A DNA stretch of 64,000 nucleotides, from positions 53,518 through 117,517 of the forward strand of contig CAZAYU010000006.1 of NCBI GenBank assembly GCA_964489445.1, written 5' to 3'. Shown in pieces: positions 20,062 to 29,956 of this stretch. The notes beneath the pieces are model-generated. The model saw only the letters and a list, made by a program, of their open reading frames with translations. It was not told the origin of the DNA and ran no database searches. The translations under genes and the position numbers were made by a program. Each line of letters begins with the position of its first letter. Position 1 is the first letter of the stretch. This DNA is from an uncultured Planctomycetia bacterium (GTDB lineage Bacteria; Omnitrophota; Gorgyraeia; Duberdicusellales; 4484-171).

Positions 20062-21202
20062 AGTTCTCTATGATTTTTCGATATTCCTGTAATGCTTTTA
20101 TGGCCTTTTTAATTATTTTACTTTTATTACATCCGGAATCAGCATCCATTTTGGAGAAAAAAGTACTTATAATTTTTCCCAGAGAATCAGATTCAGGGTT
20201 AGCCCAACACGTTTGCAAACATGGTTTTTGGCAAATCTTCATTAGCGCTCTTGCTTTATCAGCCTCTTCTGTATGCAAACAGAAATCCAACCCTGCCTCA
20301 GCAATGTTACCAAAAGAAGATCCACAACTTCTTACCTCTCCGTCCGGACCAATATTAATAAACACAAAAGGATTACACTTCCACATATCACAACTTAAAG
20401 ATCCTTTAAAGTAATCTACCCATAAGTATGGATCATGCAAAAAAACTACTAAACCATTAGCCATCTGATAGCCAACAATCTTGCCTATCTGTTCCTTTAA
20501 TTTATCGATACCGCTGCCCGTAATCCAGAATGGAGCATCGGCAGAAGTGTTTTGCATGTCATTTTGAGCAACAATTACCGGATGATAAACCAAACACTCA
20601 ACACCTAGCTCTTTTACAATATCAATAATATTAAAAAGCTCCGATACATTTTCCTTCATTATGGTCGTCCATACTGAAATCTGCGGACCACTACCGATTT
20701 GCCTTTTAGCATCCACTAAATTGCTTATTGCCTTTAATGCATTATTAAAACTTCCTTTTTCCCGAATAAAATCATGAGTAAATTCTGTTGCACCATCCAA
20801 GGAAATAGCTATATTCTTTAGCCCCGAATTTACTATTCGCTTGGCTAGCGCCTTATCAATTAATGAACCATTGGAAACTATTTCTATTTTTACTTTATTC
20901 ATTACAGCATGATCGATTATCGAAAATATATCTCTTCTTAAAAAAGGTTCTCCACCTGTAAGAGTTACAACTGTATCCCATCCCCAACCAGCAATATTTT
21001 CCAACGCAGCATTAACCGTTGATTGAGGTAATTCCTGCCCCTTCAATATTTTAACAACACCACACATTTTGCAGCTATATGTGCATTTATGGCTTAAGCT
21101 AACATATACCCAGCACGGTTTAGCAAACGGATAATTTAACACTTCTGAAAAGTAATAGGCTAAATTAGCTTCAAATTGACGTAAATAACTCGAATTGGTC
21201 AT
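20054..21202 (-). CDS. Radical SAM/SPASM protein (family B, paralogue 2 of 4)
   Basis: SLSHKCTYSCKMCGV followed by LTGGEPFLRRD, with C-terminal CQKPCLQTC. Confidence 0.8.
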   Translation of the reverse strand: MTNSSYLRQFEANLAYYFSEVLNYPFAKPCWVYVSLSHKCTYSCKMCGVVKILKGQELPQSTVNAALENIAGWGWDTVVTLTGGEPFLRRDIFSIIDHAVMNKVKIEIVSNGSLIDKALAKRIVNSGLKNIAISLDGATEFTHDFIREKGSFNNALKAISNLVDAKRQIGSGPQISVWTTIMKENVSELFNIIDIVKELGVECLVYHPVIVAQNDMQNTSADAPFWITGSGIDKLKEQIGKIVGYQMANGLVVFLHDPYLWVDYFKGSLSCDMWKCNPFVFINIGPDGEVRSCGSSFGNIAEAGLDFCLHTEEADKARALMKICQKPCLQTCWANPESDSLGKIISTFFSKMDADSGCNKSKIIKKAIKALQEYRKIIENYA

Positions 21203-22297
21203 TTATTTTTTAATACAGTTAAAATTTTTTAAAAAACACAAAGTATCATTTAAAACATCTGACGGAAAATATACACAATCCTGCAAACAATGTTCCTTGC
21301 ATTTTCTAGCCTTTATCCGCATTTTCGCAGCAGAAATTGAATACCAAATTGATTTGAGACTTTTTTCTTTTAAATCACCATAAATACCCGAACAACTCCA
21401 AAGTTTCCCATCAGAAGTAATCACTATCCGTTTAATACCCTCATAGCACTTAAAAGAAGACTGGGGGCGCTTGCCTCTAAAATAAGCAGGCAAGGATTTC
21501 AATATGGCATCATCCGTATATACACAAGGATTACTATCGGTATGCTTAATCCTAATTATTTTTGGTATAATTTCTTCAAGCTGGCCAATCATTTCTAGTG
21601 ATGGCCAAAGAGGGCTATTCACTTTCTCGTACATTTTTGTATTGCTAAAAAGTAAAGGCTGAAAAACAATGATATTACATTTCTTTAATCGAGCAAACTC
21701 AACCATCGGAAGCATATCGCCAATATTACTGTTCATTATTGTAAAATTTATGCCTAATGAAGGAAAATATGAATTTTTCTTGGCTTTATAATAATTTAAT
21801 TTATCAATATTTCTTTCAGCACAAGCAAACATTCCTTCACTACGAATAAAATCATTGCACTCTTTAAGTCCATCTAAAGAAACAGTAATATGGCTTAAAG
21901 GAATTTTAATTAACCGCTGGATAATATCATCACTAAGTAGCACTCCATTAGTAATAATATCTACCATTTTAATGCCGCTGCTCTTGGCAAACTCCACCAT
22001 ATCCAATAATTTACTTTTTAAGAATGGTTCTCCGCCAGAAAAAATAAGATGCCGAACGCCTAATTGTTTTATCTGAAGAATAATATCCTTCACCTCCGCA
22101 AACGTAAGCTCATGCTCACATTCCCTATCTTCCGGATCTTTAGAAATATCACACATTTTACAATTTAAGTTGCAGCGATTGGTTAAAGAAAAATAAACAT
22201 GTTCAGGGGGAACTAGCGGAAAAGAAAGCAAACGACTAAAAGAAAATCCTATTTTTTCCTGAAGAGTAATCCACTCTTCCTTTGAATTATTTACCAT
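21203..22297 (-). CDS. Radical SAM/SPASM protein (family B, paralogue 3 of 4)
   Basis: SLTNRCNLNCKMCDI followed by FSGGEPFLKSK, with C-terminal CKEHCLQDC. Confidence 0.8.
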   Translation of the reverse strand: MVNNSKEEWITLQEKIGFSFSRLLSFPLVPPEHVYFSLTNRCNLNCKMCDISKDPEDRECEHELTFAEVKDIILQIKQLGVRHLIFSGGEPFLKSKLLDMVEFAKSSGIKMVDIITNGVLLSDDIIQRLIKIPLSHITVSLDGLKECNDFIRSEGMFACAERNIDKLNYYKAKKNSYFPSLGINFTIMNSNIGDMLPMVEFARLKKCNIIVFQPLLFSNTKMYEKVNSPLWPSLEMIGQLEEIIPKIIRIKHTDSNPCVYTDDAILKSLPAYFRGKRPQSSFKCYEGIKRIVITSDGKLWSCSGIYGDLKEKSLKSIWYSISAAKMRIKARKCKEHCLQDCVYFPSDVLNDTLCFLKNFNCIKK

Positions 22298-23330
22298 AGC
22301 TTTTAATTATTTTTACCAAATTTTCTGATTCTTGCCGAGAGTAACAACTTTGTAAACAGAAATTTTTACACTTTTCTGAATGTAACCTTAGCCTCCAAGC
22401 TGCTTTTGATTTCCAGGCTTTTTTTAGAGCAATTTCGTTGAGGTTTCCACAAACCCCATGACAAGAATAAACCAACGGTTGGCGCCTATTATAACATATA
22501 AATACAGTTTTAAAACCACCAAAGCAAACCCAATCTCTTTCCAAAACCTCTTGCTGATAATACTTGACCAACAATTTGAGCGATGGTTCTTCATAAACAG
22601 TAATATGAACAGGTTTGTATTCTTCTATTTTTAAAATTTCTTGTTTTAAGCAGTCAATGTTCTCCTTCTTCACCCAAAATTCAGGCAATTGTTTATTCAT
22701 GAAATTTGCGTTATCATTAATCAACGGCTGAAAATTAATAGAATCAACTCCTAGCTCATCAGCAAAACGCACCAAGTCAAATAATTCATTGATGTTATTA
22801 TCCATAACAGTACAAGCAATACCTATAGAAAAACAACTTACTTTCTTTTTCAAACAATTAATCCGTTTAATGTTTTTTACTATTTTTTTAAATACTCCCT
22901 CTCCGCGAAAAAAATCATTAGTTTTTTCTAATCCGTCAAGAGAAACGTGAATATGCCCGGCTTTAGCTCCAATTAAAGCGTCAACTGTCCTCTCATCAAG
23001 CAATAGACCATTAGTGGTAACAATACTTTGTAGCCTGTTCTTGTCAGCATAACGACAAAGTTCGTAAATATCTTTGCGTAACAAAGGCTCTCCGCCAGTA
23101 AATAACACTTTTTTTATTCCGTACGCTTTTGCCTCGTCGATAATATGAAAAATCTGGACAGTAGACAGCTCTTCTTCTTGAGGTAATAAATTAACAATAC
23201 TGCACATTTTACAATTTAAATTGCACCGATAAGTAAGTGAAATCTGAATAACTTCCGGAGAGACTAAGGGGTAATTAATTTTCCGAGAAAGCCAAAATAA
23301 AATATTTTTTATTAAATGTGCCCTATTCAT
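22287..23330 (-). CDS. Radical SAM/SPASM protein (family B, paralogue 4 of 4)
   Basis: SLTYRCNLNCKMCSI followed by FTGGEPLLRKD, with C-terminal CKNFCLQSC. Confidence 0.8.
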   Translation of the reverse strand: MNRAHLIKNILFWLSRKINYPLVSPEVIQISLTYRCNLNCKMCSIVNLLPQEEELSTVQIFHIIDEAKAYGIKKVLFTGGEPLLRKDIYELCRYADKNRLQSIVTTNGLLLDERTVDALIGAKAGHIHVSLDGLEKTNDFFRGEGVFKKIVKNIKRINCLKKKVSCFSIGIACTVMDNNINELFDLVRFADELGVDSINFQPLINDNANFMNKQLPEFWVKKENIDCLKQEILKIEEYKPVHITVYEEPSLKLLVKYYQQEVLERDWVCFGGFKTVFICYNRRQPLVYSCHGVCGNLNEIALKKAWKSKAAWRLRLHSEKCKNFCLQSCYSRQESENLVKIIKSYGK

Positions 23331-23349
23331 TTATTTTTAATATATTTTT

Positions 23350-23853
23350 TTAAATAAGACAATTACCAAAACCACGCGCTTCACCGTCATAGCGATTCTC
23401 TAGTACTGAAGAATAGTTTTCATTAAAACATCCAATTATCTTAGAATCAATACCGGGACCATCAAAAAATACAGTAAAAAAAGATTCTGGATTTTCCATA
23501 TAAAATATCTCCCGAACCTTATCTATATTCTCAACTGTGTAAATAGTGAATATTTTTTTGGTAAAAAAATAAACCGGAATAAGCGAAAGAGCGCTAAAAA
23601 ATACCGGTAATAACCGTAAAATAAAATCGGATTTCTTCGCAACCACCATCCAATAATGTAAAACAAAAATAAACAACGGCTGGTGGTCAAAAGACCCTAG
23701 ATTGTGGATAATGCCCTTTAAATTTTTCTGGGCAATTTCAATGAATGCCAAATCATACACCCCAAGGCTACCTCTAGTTGCGAAAAACAAACGTAACCCA
23801 AAAGCTAAAGCCATAATACTTGTAAAAATAAGCGCTACTTTGTTATTCCTCAT
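23350..23853 (-). pseudogene. Truncated N-terminal fragment of a GT-C (ArnT/PMT-like) membrane glycosyltransferase; likely gene remnant
   Basis: The first ~100 aa (…YDLAFIEIAQKNL…HQPLFIFVLHYW…) match the N-terminal loop/TM region of ArnT/PMT-family enzymes. The ORF then stops after only 167 aa, with a non-membrane tail, and abuts the next gene. Confidence 0.35.
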
Positions 23854-25537
23854 CTTTTAAATCTGGTAAACAGATAATATCTTTATAATATAAAATCTCT
23901 TGCTTCTCGGAAATATTCTCTGCTTCATGAATATTCTTCCAAGCATTTTGCGAATCACCCAAAGCATCATAAACCAAAGCCTTTCCAATATACAGCCGAT
24001 AATCTTGAGGATCTTCATCAAGATTAATTGATTTATTAAAGTACTCTAAAGACTCAGGATACATTCCTAATCGACGATATGTTTCTCCTATATAATAAAA
24101 AACCAAAGACCAATTAAAATCAACTAAATACCCTCCCAACCAATCATCATTTAATAAATTATTTTCCGTACGCTCTCTGATATTTTGGATATTCCAAAGC
24201 GCATCAGGATTCATTAAATAAACTGTTTCAAAATATTCTACCGCCCGTTCTAATATTCCACCTGGTAAACGTAAGGATTCAAAAGCCGCCCGCTTGATTG
24301 CTCCCTCTATCTCATCGCTTCGAGTCCCTCGCTTTTCTAGTGAAGGAAAATCGGAAACTACTATTGAAAAATCAGCTTGCTCATCGCTGATGTTAGCTAC
24401 TTTACTTTTTAAAAAAGTTTGAATAATAACCTTAACCGCTAAATAGTTGCACTCCCGATACCAATGGCAATTATCACTAAACTGCTCTCGGCCCAAAAGC
24501 CCCTCACTAGCCTGGCTGATGAACTCCTTCTCGATATCTGCCAGCAACACCGACTCTTCATCACAAACAGAACGAACAATCTTATTACTTTCAATACTTG
24601 CCCGGCCACTTCCGAATGACAAATCCAATGCTTTATGATAACACACCCTAGCTTTATCGTATTCTGCTAACTGTCTGTAGCAATTCGCTAATAGATATAA
24701 TCCAAAAGTATTTTCCGGATTGTTGTCCAAAAAACTATTTATAGCCCCAATCGCACCTTTATAACCTTTCTGATCAAATAAATAATGGGCTAAAAGATAC
24801 TCCTTATCTACTGGTCTTATTCCAAACGGCGCACAATCTGCAAAATTAACCGGCAAGGTACACAAAATCACCGGTATCTTTTTGTTCTTCGCTGCTTGCG
24901 TAATTAAGTGTAAATTTTTTTCATAGTCTACTAACCTTTGTTTTCTGCTGCGATATTGAGAACCGGATTCTCCAGTAAATTTAAGAAATTGTTCTTGCAA
25001 CTTCTGATAGACCCAAGATTTTTTAAATATTTTATCAAGCCGATACTTTAAAACATCAACTTTAACTACATTGTAGAATTCATTATTGCCAGAAAATACA
25101 ATAATTAAATCCGGATTGTAAGCTAATATTTCTTTTTCTACTAAATAAGCTCTATAACTATCATATGCTCCCATTGCACAAGGAACAACCTTGATATCTC
25201 CATCGGGAAGTATTCTCTTAAGCTCATTTTTAAAAAAAGGATTTCCTCCGAAATTGTGTCCGACTGAACCACCAATAATAAAAATTCGTAACTCATTCAG
25301 CGGCTTATCCATCAGAAATTCTTCAGAATTATTAAACGCCCTCTGTGGTACATAAAAAATTCCTTCTTTTCTACGCTCTTTTTTAAAAAAATCCTTATAA
25401 ATATCTATGTATTGGTATTGGAATTGGGGTAGATCCTTGTTAGATGGTGCAACACCATAACGAATAATCATTACACATTCAAAAAATACCAAAACCAGAA
25501 TTACGATAGCCATAAAAATAACTATAAATTTTTTCAT
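23843..25537 (-). CDS. Membrane-anchored SGNH-like hydrolase domain fused to C-terminal TPR repeats (putative)
   Basis: N-terminal TM helix. Blocks resemble SGNH hydrolases (FIIGGSVG, GAYDS, VFSGNNEF, DNCHW). C-terminal TPR-like helices (YLLANCYRQLAEYDKA…, IGETYRRLGMYPESLEYF…). Confidence 0.4.
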   Translation of the reverse strand: MKKFIVIFMAIVILVLVFFECVMIIRYGVAPSNKDLPQFQYQYIDIYKDFFKKERRKEGIFYVPQRAFNNSEEFLMDKPLNELRIFIIGGSVGHNFGGNPFFKNELKRILPDGDIKVVPCAMGAYDSYRAYLVEKEILAYNPDLIIVFSGNNEFYNVVKVDVLKYRLDKIFKKSWVYQKLQEQFLKFTGESGSQYRSRKQRLVDYEKNLHLITQAAKNKKIPVILCTLPVNFADCAPFGIRPVDKEYLLAHYLFDQKGYKGAIGAINSFLDNNPENTFGLYLLANCYRQLAEYDKARVCYHKALDLSFGSGRASIESNKIVRSVCDEESVLLADIEKEFISQASEGLLGREQFSDNCHWYRECNYLAVKVIIQTFLKSKVANISDEQADFSIVVSDFPSLEKRGTRSDEIEGAIKRAAFESLRLPGGILERAVEYFETVYLMNPDALWNIQNIRERTENNLLNDDWLGGYLVDFNWSLVFYYIGETYRRLGMYPESLEYFNKSINLDEDPQDYRLYIGKALVYDALGDSQNAWKNIHEAENISEKQEILYYKDIICLPDLKDEE

Positions 25538-26937
25538 TTTTGAAATGTCTTATGCGCGGGCACATCTCCAAGCGCAGAGATCAATTCGATAAACTTTTCG
25601 TAACGCTTTTTTCTAATTTCTGTTGTATGATTACCGTTCTGAGAGTGCCAATTCCTTTGATCGTCGGCAACAATTCCAAATCTTTGCTTATGTCTGAATA
25701 ATAAACTAGAAGATTTAAGGATAAAGGAATTAACCATTATATTATTCTTGAGATACATCATATTTTCAGACACAAACTCAAGCGTCTGGTTAAAATCTTT
25801 TTCCGTCTCTGTAGGAAAACCGACAATCCAATTAGTACAAACAGCAATTCCCGCTCGATATGTATCCTTTATTATTTTTTTTGCTTCTTCAATCATAAAG
25901 TTTTTATTCATTTGGCGTAAAACACGAGGTGAAGCACTTTCAATGCCATAATTCAAATAACAACAACCAGATTGTTTCATCTTCCTAAACAACTTATAAT
26001 CCATTTGCTTATCTACCGTAGCGCTAGCTCCCCACGAAATATTAATATTTTCTTTTATCAACAGATCACACAAACCTGACAATTGACTAAGATTTCCATT
26101 AATTAACAAATCATTAAACTCTAAAAATTCAATACCATTGTCTTTACGTAATCTTATTTCCGCTAAAATATTTTTTGCACTCCTATATCTATAACGCCTC
26201 CACATAAGAGTATCATCACAAAATACACACCTATTTACGCACCCTCTGCTTCCTAGAATAGGTAGTCTGTCTTTAAATTTATACTTTTCAGGGAAATCGT
26301 TAAATTCCGGGAAAGGTATTGAGTCGATATCTTCTATTAGTCTCCTTTCTCCATTATTAAACATCCGATTGTTTTCTCTAATAATAGTTCCTGGGCAACC
26401 TATAAGCGAATTCTTGCTTTCAATGCGTTGCACCACATCAATAATAGTTGATTCTCCTTCCCCAAGCACAACAACATCGATAGTTTTAACGCCCAAAAGG
26501 TTCTCTATTCCCAGCAAATAATATGAATGATCCAAGCTATAGCTTAAGTGCAAGGGCCCGCCAAAAACAATCTTTTGCTCCGGACATATACTCTTTATTT
26601 CACCAGCTAAACTAATACTTGCTGTCAAAGAAGAGCTTTGCACTGAAAAACCAATTAAATCTGGATTACTACTTAATATTCTTTGCGCCCATTTTTTAAA
26701 ATAACAACTAGGAAGTATTTTTTGCTTAATAATATGATTGTTTTCCATCCATTCAAAAACATACTGAAACTCCCAAAATTTTTTGTCCTCTTCTTTTGTT
26801 CTCGAATACAACTCTACGTTCAAATCAAAAACTGTAGCTTGGTGTTTATATCTTCTTAAAAACGCAACCAGATAAGCCAAACCTAAAGGAGGCCGATCAA
26901 TTCCAAAAGCCGGACATTGTACAAGAGTAATTTTCAT
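25534..26937 (-). CDS. Cobalamin-binding (class B) radical SAM protein
   Basis: N-terminal B12-binding-like domain (…FGGPLHLS…) then GSRGCVNRCVFCDD. The track start at 26988 is TTG; ATG (MKITLVQCP, as in paralogues) is at 26937. Confidence 0.7.
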   Translation of the reverse strand: MKITLVQCPAFGIDRPPLGLAYLVAFLRRYKHQATVFDLNVELYSRTKEEDKKFWEFQYVFEWMENNHIIKQKILPSCYFKKWAQRILSSNPDLIGFSVQSSSLTASISLAGEIKSICPEQKIVFGGPLHLSYSLDHSYYLLGIENLLGVKTIDVVVLGEGESTIIDVVQRIESKNSLIGCPGTIIRENNRMFNNGERRLIEDIDSIPFPEFNDFPEKYKFKDRLPILGSRGCVNRCVFCDDTLMWRRYRYRSAKNILAEIRLRKDNGIEFLEFNDLLINGNLSQLSGLCDLLIKENINISWGASATVDKQMDYKLFRKMKQSGCCYLNYGIESASPRVLRQMNKNFMIEEAKKIIKDTYRAGIAVCTNWIVGFPTETEKDFNQTLEFVSENMMYLKNNIMVNSFILKSSSLLFRHKQRFGIVADDQRNWHSQNGNHTTEIRKKRYEKFIELISALGDVPAHKTFQK

Positions 26938-27019
26938 TTTAATACTAACAGCTAATAAGATAGCTTTTATGAGACTATTTACTGTCAAAAATGTTTTCTA
27001 TAAACATTTTAGTAATACC

Positions 27020-27793
27020 CTACCTAGACTCAACAATTTCTTGAGATAAGTTCCGTAGCAGCACTTTAACGTGCTCAAGGCGAATGTTAATGTCCTCATT
27101 TAGCTGTTTTAACCCATTATTATTAAGAACTATTTCGCTGTTAACATTATCTAGTGTAAAAGATACACTCCTTCTCTGGGCTGCTGAATCTTCGCTTGCT
27201 GAAGACAATAAGCTACTTAATGATTGAACCGAATTATCAAGTCTATCTATCTCTTGTTTTACATTTAAAGAAGAAAGAGATTCGGGTAATAGCTGTAAGG
27301 TTTCATTAATTTTTTCAAATGCTGAAGACAGTAAGCTACTTAATGATTGAACCGAATTATCAATTTTTTCAAATTTATCTTTTAAAGTACAATCAATACG
27401 CTCTTCAAAAACATCTATCTTGGCTAGCACCTGTCTCATCTCCAAAGATAAACCACTGCTTAAAGAGTTTATCGAGTTATTCATTCCGCTTAGCTCTTTT
27501 GAAATAGCCAATATTTGAGAATAAAGGAATGAAGAAATATTAAAAAATATTTGGGATATATTTCCAAGCACCCTAACAATTGTTCCCAAAAGAATGCTTA
27601 CTAGAACAACCATCAACCCACTAAAAAATAATTTTGGATTAGTAAATCTAGCAAGCATCAAGTAACTGCCTCCTAAAAAGCCAAAGACCACAATCAGCCA
27701 AGAAAGAACCATCAAAATAACAGTGGTGGGAATATTTTTTGTCTTCACAACCATAGCATAACCTCCTTCTTTATTACATTTTTTTGTTGCCAA
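27020..27793 (-). CDS. Membrane-anchored coiled-coil protein (2 N-terminal TM helices + Ser/Leu-rich repeats)
   Basis: TM helices TTVILMVLSWLIVVFGFLGG and LMVVLVSILLGTIV. Repeated DNSVQSLSSLLSSA(F/S)E units sit 41 aa apart, matching DNA repeats at 27198 and 27321. Confidence 0.55.
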   Translation of the reverse strand: MATKKCNKEGGYAMVVKTKNIPTTVILMVLSWLIVVFGFLGGSYLMLARFTNPKLFFSGLMVVLVSILLGTIVRVLGNISQIFFNISSFLYSQILAISKELSGMNNSINSLSSGLSLEMRQVLAKIDVFEERIDCTLKDKFEKIDNSVQSLSSLLSSAFEKINETLQLLPESLSSLNVKQEIDRLDNSVQSLSSLLSSASEDSAAQRRSVSFTLDNVNSEIVLNNNGLKQLNEDINIRLEHVKVLLRNLSQEIVESR

Positions 27794-29956
27794 TCAATAA
27801 AAGACTTTTATCTTACCCGAATAATATCGGTATCTTCCTTTAGAAAAAATATTATCATCATCACTAAAACTTTTCCTGTAAATTATTCCTCTTGCCTGGA
27901 GCTGTTTATTAGTATTGTGAATCGCTAGCAAATCACTTGCTACCAATAATTTATCTGGCTCAAAAACGACTGAAGGAAAACCTTTAATGACTCTCATTAA
28001 TCTATTACGCTGGGTCTTCAACTTTCCTTGAGAAAACCTAACTAGCTCTACCCAAGAATCATTAAATTTATTAGACAACTTGGACGTTAAGCCATCAATA
28101 TCCAACAATTGATATTTATCAGACAGCATAAGATTTGTATCATAACGATCAATTTGTATTCTCTGCTCCAAAAACATACTTATTTCAATTATTAAACAAT
28201 GAGGATCGTTTAACTTGACTTTCCAAACCTGACACATCGGAAACCTAGTATATTCCCCTTTGGCAATTATAGTATCATTGACACACCTCACTTTCCATGA
28301 TGCCTGCAGAGAATCAATCCAATGGCCCAAAGAAAAAACAGAGGTATATAAGCCAAAATGTTTGGTTAATTCAACGCCATTATAAAAAATTCTCCCCTTC
28401 CCTTGGTCAAATAAAAACTCTAAAGCTCTTTTTTTTATAGATATCTTCTGCTTTTTATACCCTTCATTTGCTAATATTTTTTGTGTTATTTTTTTATTAA
28501 TATCAGACATTCCTTTGCTGTCTAAATACCCTCCCACTCGATTAGTGTAAAATTTTCTGCCACACTTTTCCCAAAAAATATCCATTCTTCTTAATCGTTC
28601 ACCGTAATTATTTGAAAGATCTTGAGTTTGCCAATCATAAATATTGTTGCTCTGTATATTATACAAGTTAAGATTATTATGAATATACGAATGCGGCTTT
28701 ATTGTAAATACTGATGAATCTAACCCGGAAATATATCTTCTGTTATTTTCAATAAAGTGCAATGTTTTTTCAAAGTCCTTAATCGTCTCGGTTGGAAAAC
28801 CAACAATCCAGTTAGTAAAGACAGCAATGCCGGAAGAATACGCATCTACAATATTTTGACGCGCAGCATCAACTGTAAATGGCTTTTTCATGCTGCGCAG
28901 AACATCATTTGATGCGCTTTCAATTCCAAAATTAAGATACTCACAGCCTGATTGTCGCATTTGCTCAAAAAGCTTTCGATTCATGTCCAGTCTTACAGAA
29001 ATACTCGCCCCCCATCTTGTAATTATATTATTTTTAATGATCAGTTTACACATTCTAAGTAAGGAATCTAAATCTGCATTGATTAACTCATCGTTAAAAT
29101 GAAAAAACTCAACCTGGTAATTATTTCGCTGCACATTCATCTCCTCAACGACAGATTCTGGACTTCTCTTACGAAAGACATAGTTAAAAAAATAAGGATC
29201 ATTACAAAATGCACAATGGTTAATGCACCCTCTACTTGTTAAAATCGGCAAAAATTTCAAATCAGTATAAGCGTTTAAGGAATAACCAGAAAAGTCCGGA
29301 TAAGGCAATTTATCTATATTCTTGCTCAAAGGGCGCACTTTATTGATTAGCAATGAATAGCCCTCTTTAGCGATTATCCCCTCGCATCCTTTTAAACTTT
29401 TTCCACTATTTACCCTTTCGACAATTTCCGGAAAGACATCCTCCCCTTCTCCCACAACGACAATGTCAATAATTCTCATAATATTCTTAATTCTCACGCC
29501 AGGGTTTATTGCACCATCAAAGATATTTACATTTTCAATAATAAATGGTCCGCCAAAAATTATTTTGGCGTTTTTACTAAACTCTTTAATTTTTTTTGCT
29601 AAAAGAACACTTACATTGACCGATGTGTTATACACTGTAAACCCTATTAAATCAGGAGTAGTATTCAAAATACTTTTAGCCCAGAGATCTAGTACCTTTC
29701 CACCCAAAAAATTAATATTTCTGATAGTACGTTCATCTTCCCATTCATGCTCAAGAGTATTCTGTGTCCAGAATGATTCAGACTTATAATCCCAATTTCT
29801 TTTTTCAATATCATTCACCTTATTGTAAAGGCTGATATTAAAATCAAACTGAAGCACATTATTTCCACGCTTTTCTAAGACTGATTTTAAGTAAGCCGGA
29901 CCTATTTGCGGCATCCGAGGATTAAACATTGGACATTGTATAAGGGCGATATTCAT
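27794..29956 (-). CDS. Cobalamin-binding (class B) radical SAM protein with C-terminal ~200-aa domain homologous to the Wzt C-terminal repeats
   Basis: MNIALIQCP B12-domain start, …FGGPFII…, and ILTSRGCINHCAFCND. The C-terminal GKGRIFYNGVELTKHFGLYTSVFSLGHWIDS…IDRYDTNLMLSDKYQ aligns to each repeat in ORF 54112..56841. The track start is GTG at 29974; ATG with a GGAG RBS is at 29956. Confidence 0.75.
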   Translation of the reverse strand: MNIALIQCPMFNPRMPQIGPAYLKSVLEKRGNNVLQFDFNISLYNKVNDIEKRNWDYKSESFWTQNTLEHEWEDERTIRNINFLGGKVLDLWAKSILNTTPDLIGFTVYNTSVNVSVLLAKKIKEFSKNAKIIFGGPFIIENVNIFDGAINPGVRIKNIMRIIDIVVVGEGEDVFPEIVERVNSGKSLKGCEGIIAKEGYSLLINKVRPLSKNIDKLPYPDFSGYSLNAYTDLKFLPILTSRGCINHCAFCNDPYFFNYVFRKRSPESVVEEMNVQRNNYQVEFFHFNDELINADLDSLLRMCKLIIKNNIITRWGASISVRLDMNRKLFEQMRQSGCEYLNFGIESASNDVLRSMKKPFTVDAARQNIVDAYSSGIAVFTNWIVGFPTETIKDFEKTLHFIENNRRYISGLDSSVFTIKPHSYIHNNLNLYNIQSNNIYDWQTQDLSNNYGERLRRMDIFWEKCGRKFYTNRVGGYLDSKGMSDINKKITQKILANEGYKKQKISIKKRALEFLFDQGKGRIFYNGVELTKHFGLYTSVFSLGHWIDSLQASWKVRCVNDTIIAKGEYTRFPMCQVWKVKLNDPHCLIIEISMFLEQRIQIDRYDTNLMLSDKYQLLDIDGLTSKLSNKFNDSWVELVRFSQGKLKTQRNRLMRVIKGFPSVVFEPDKLLVASDLLAIHNTNKQLQARGIIYRKSFSDDDNIFSKGRYRYYSGKIKVFY

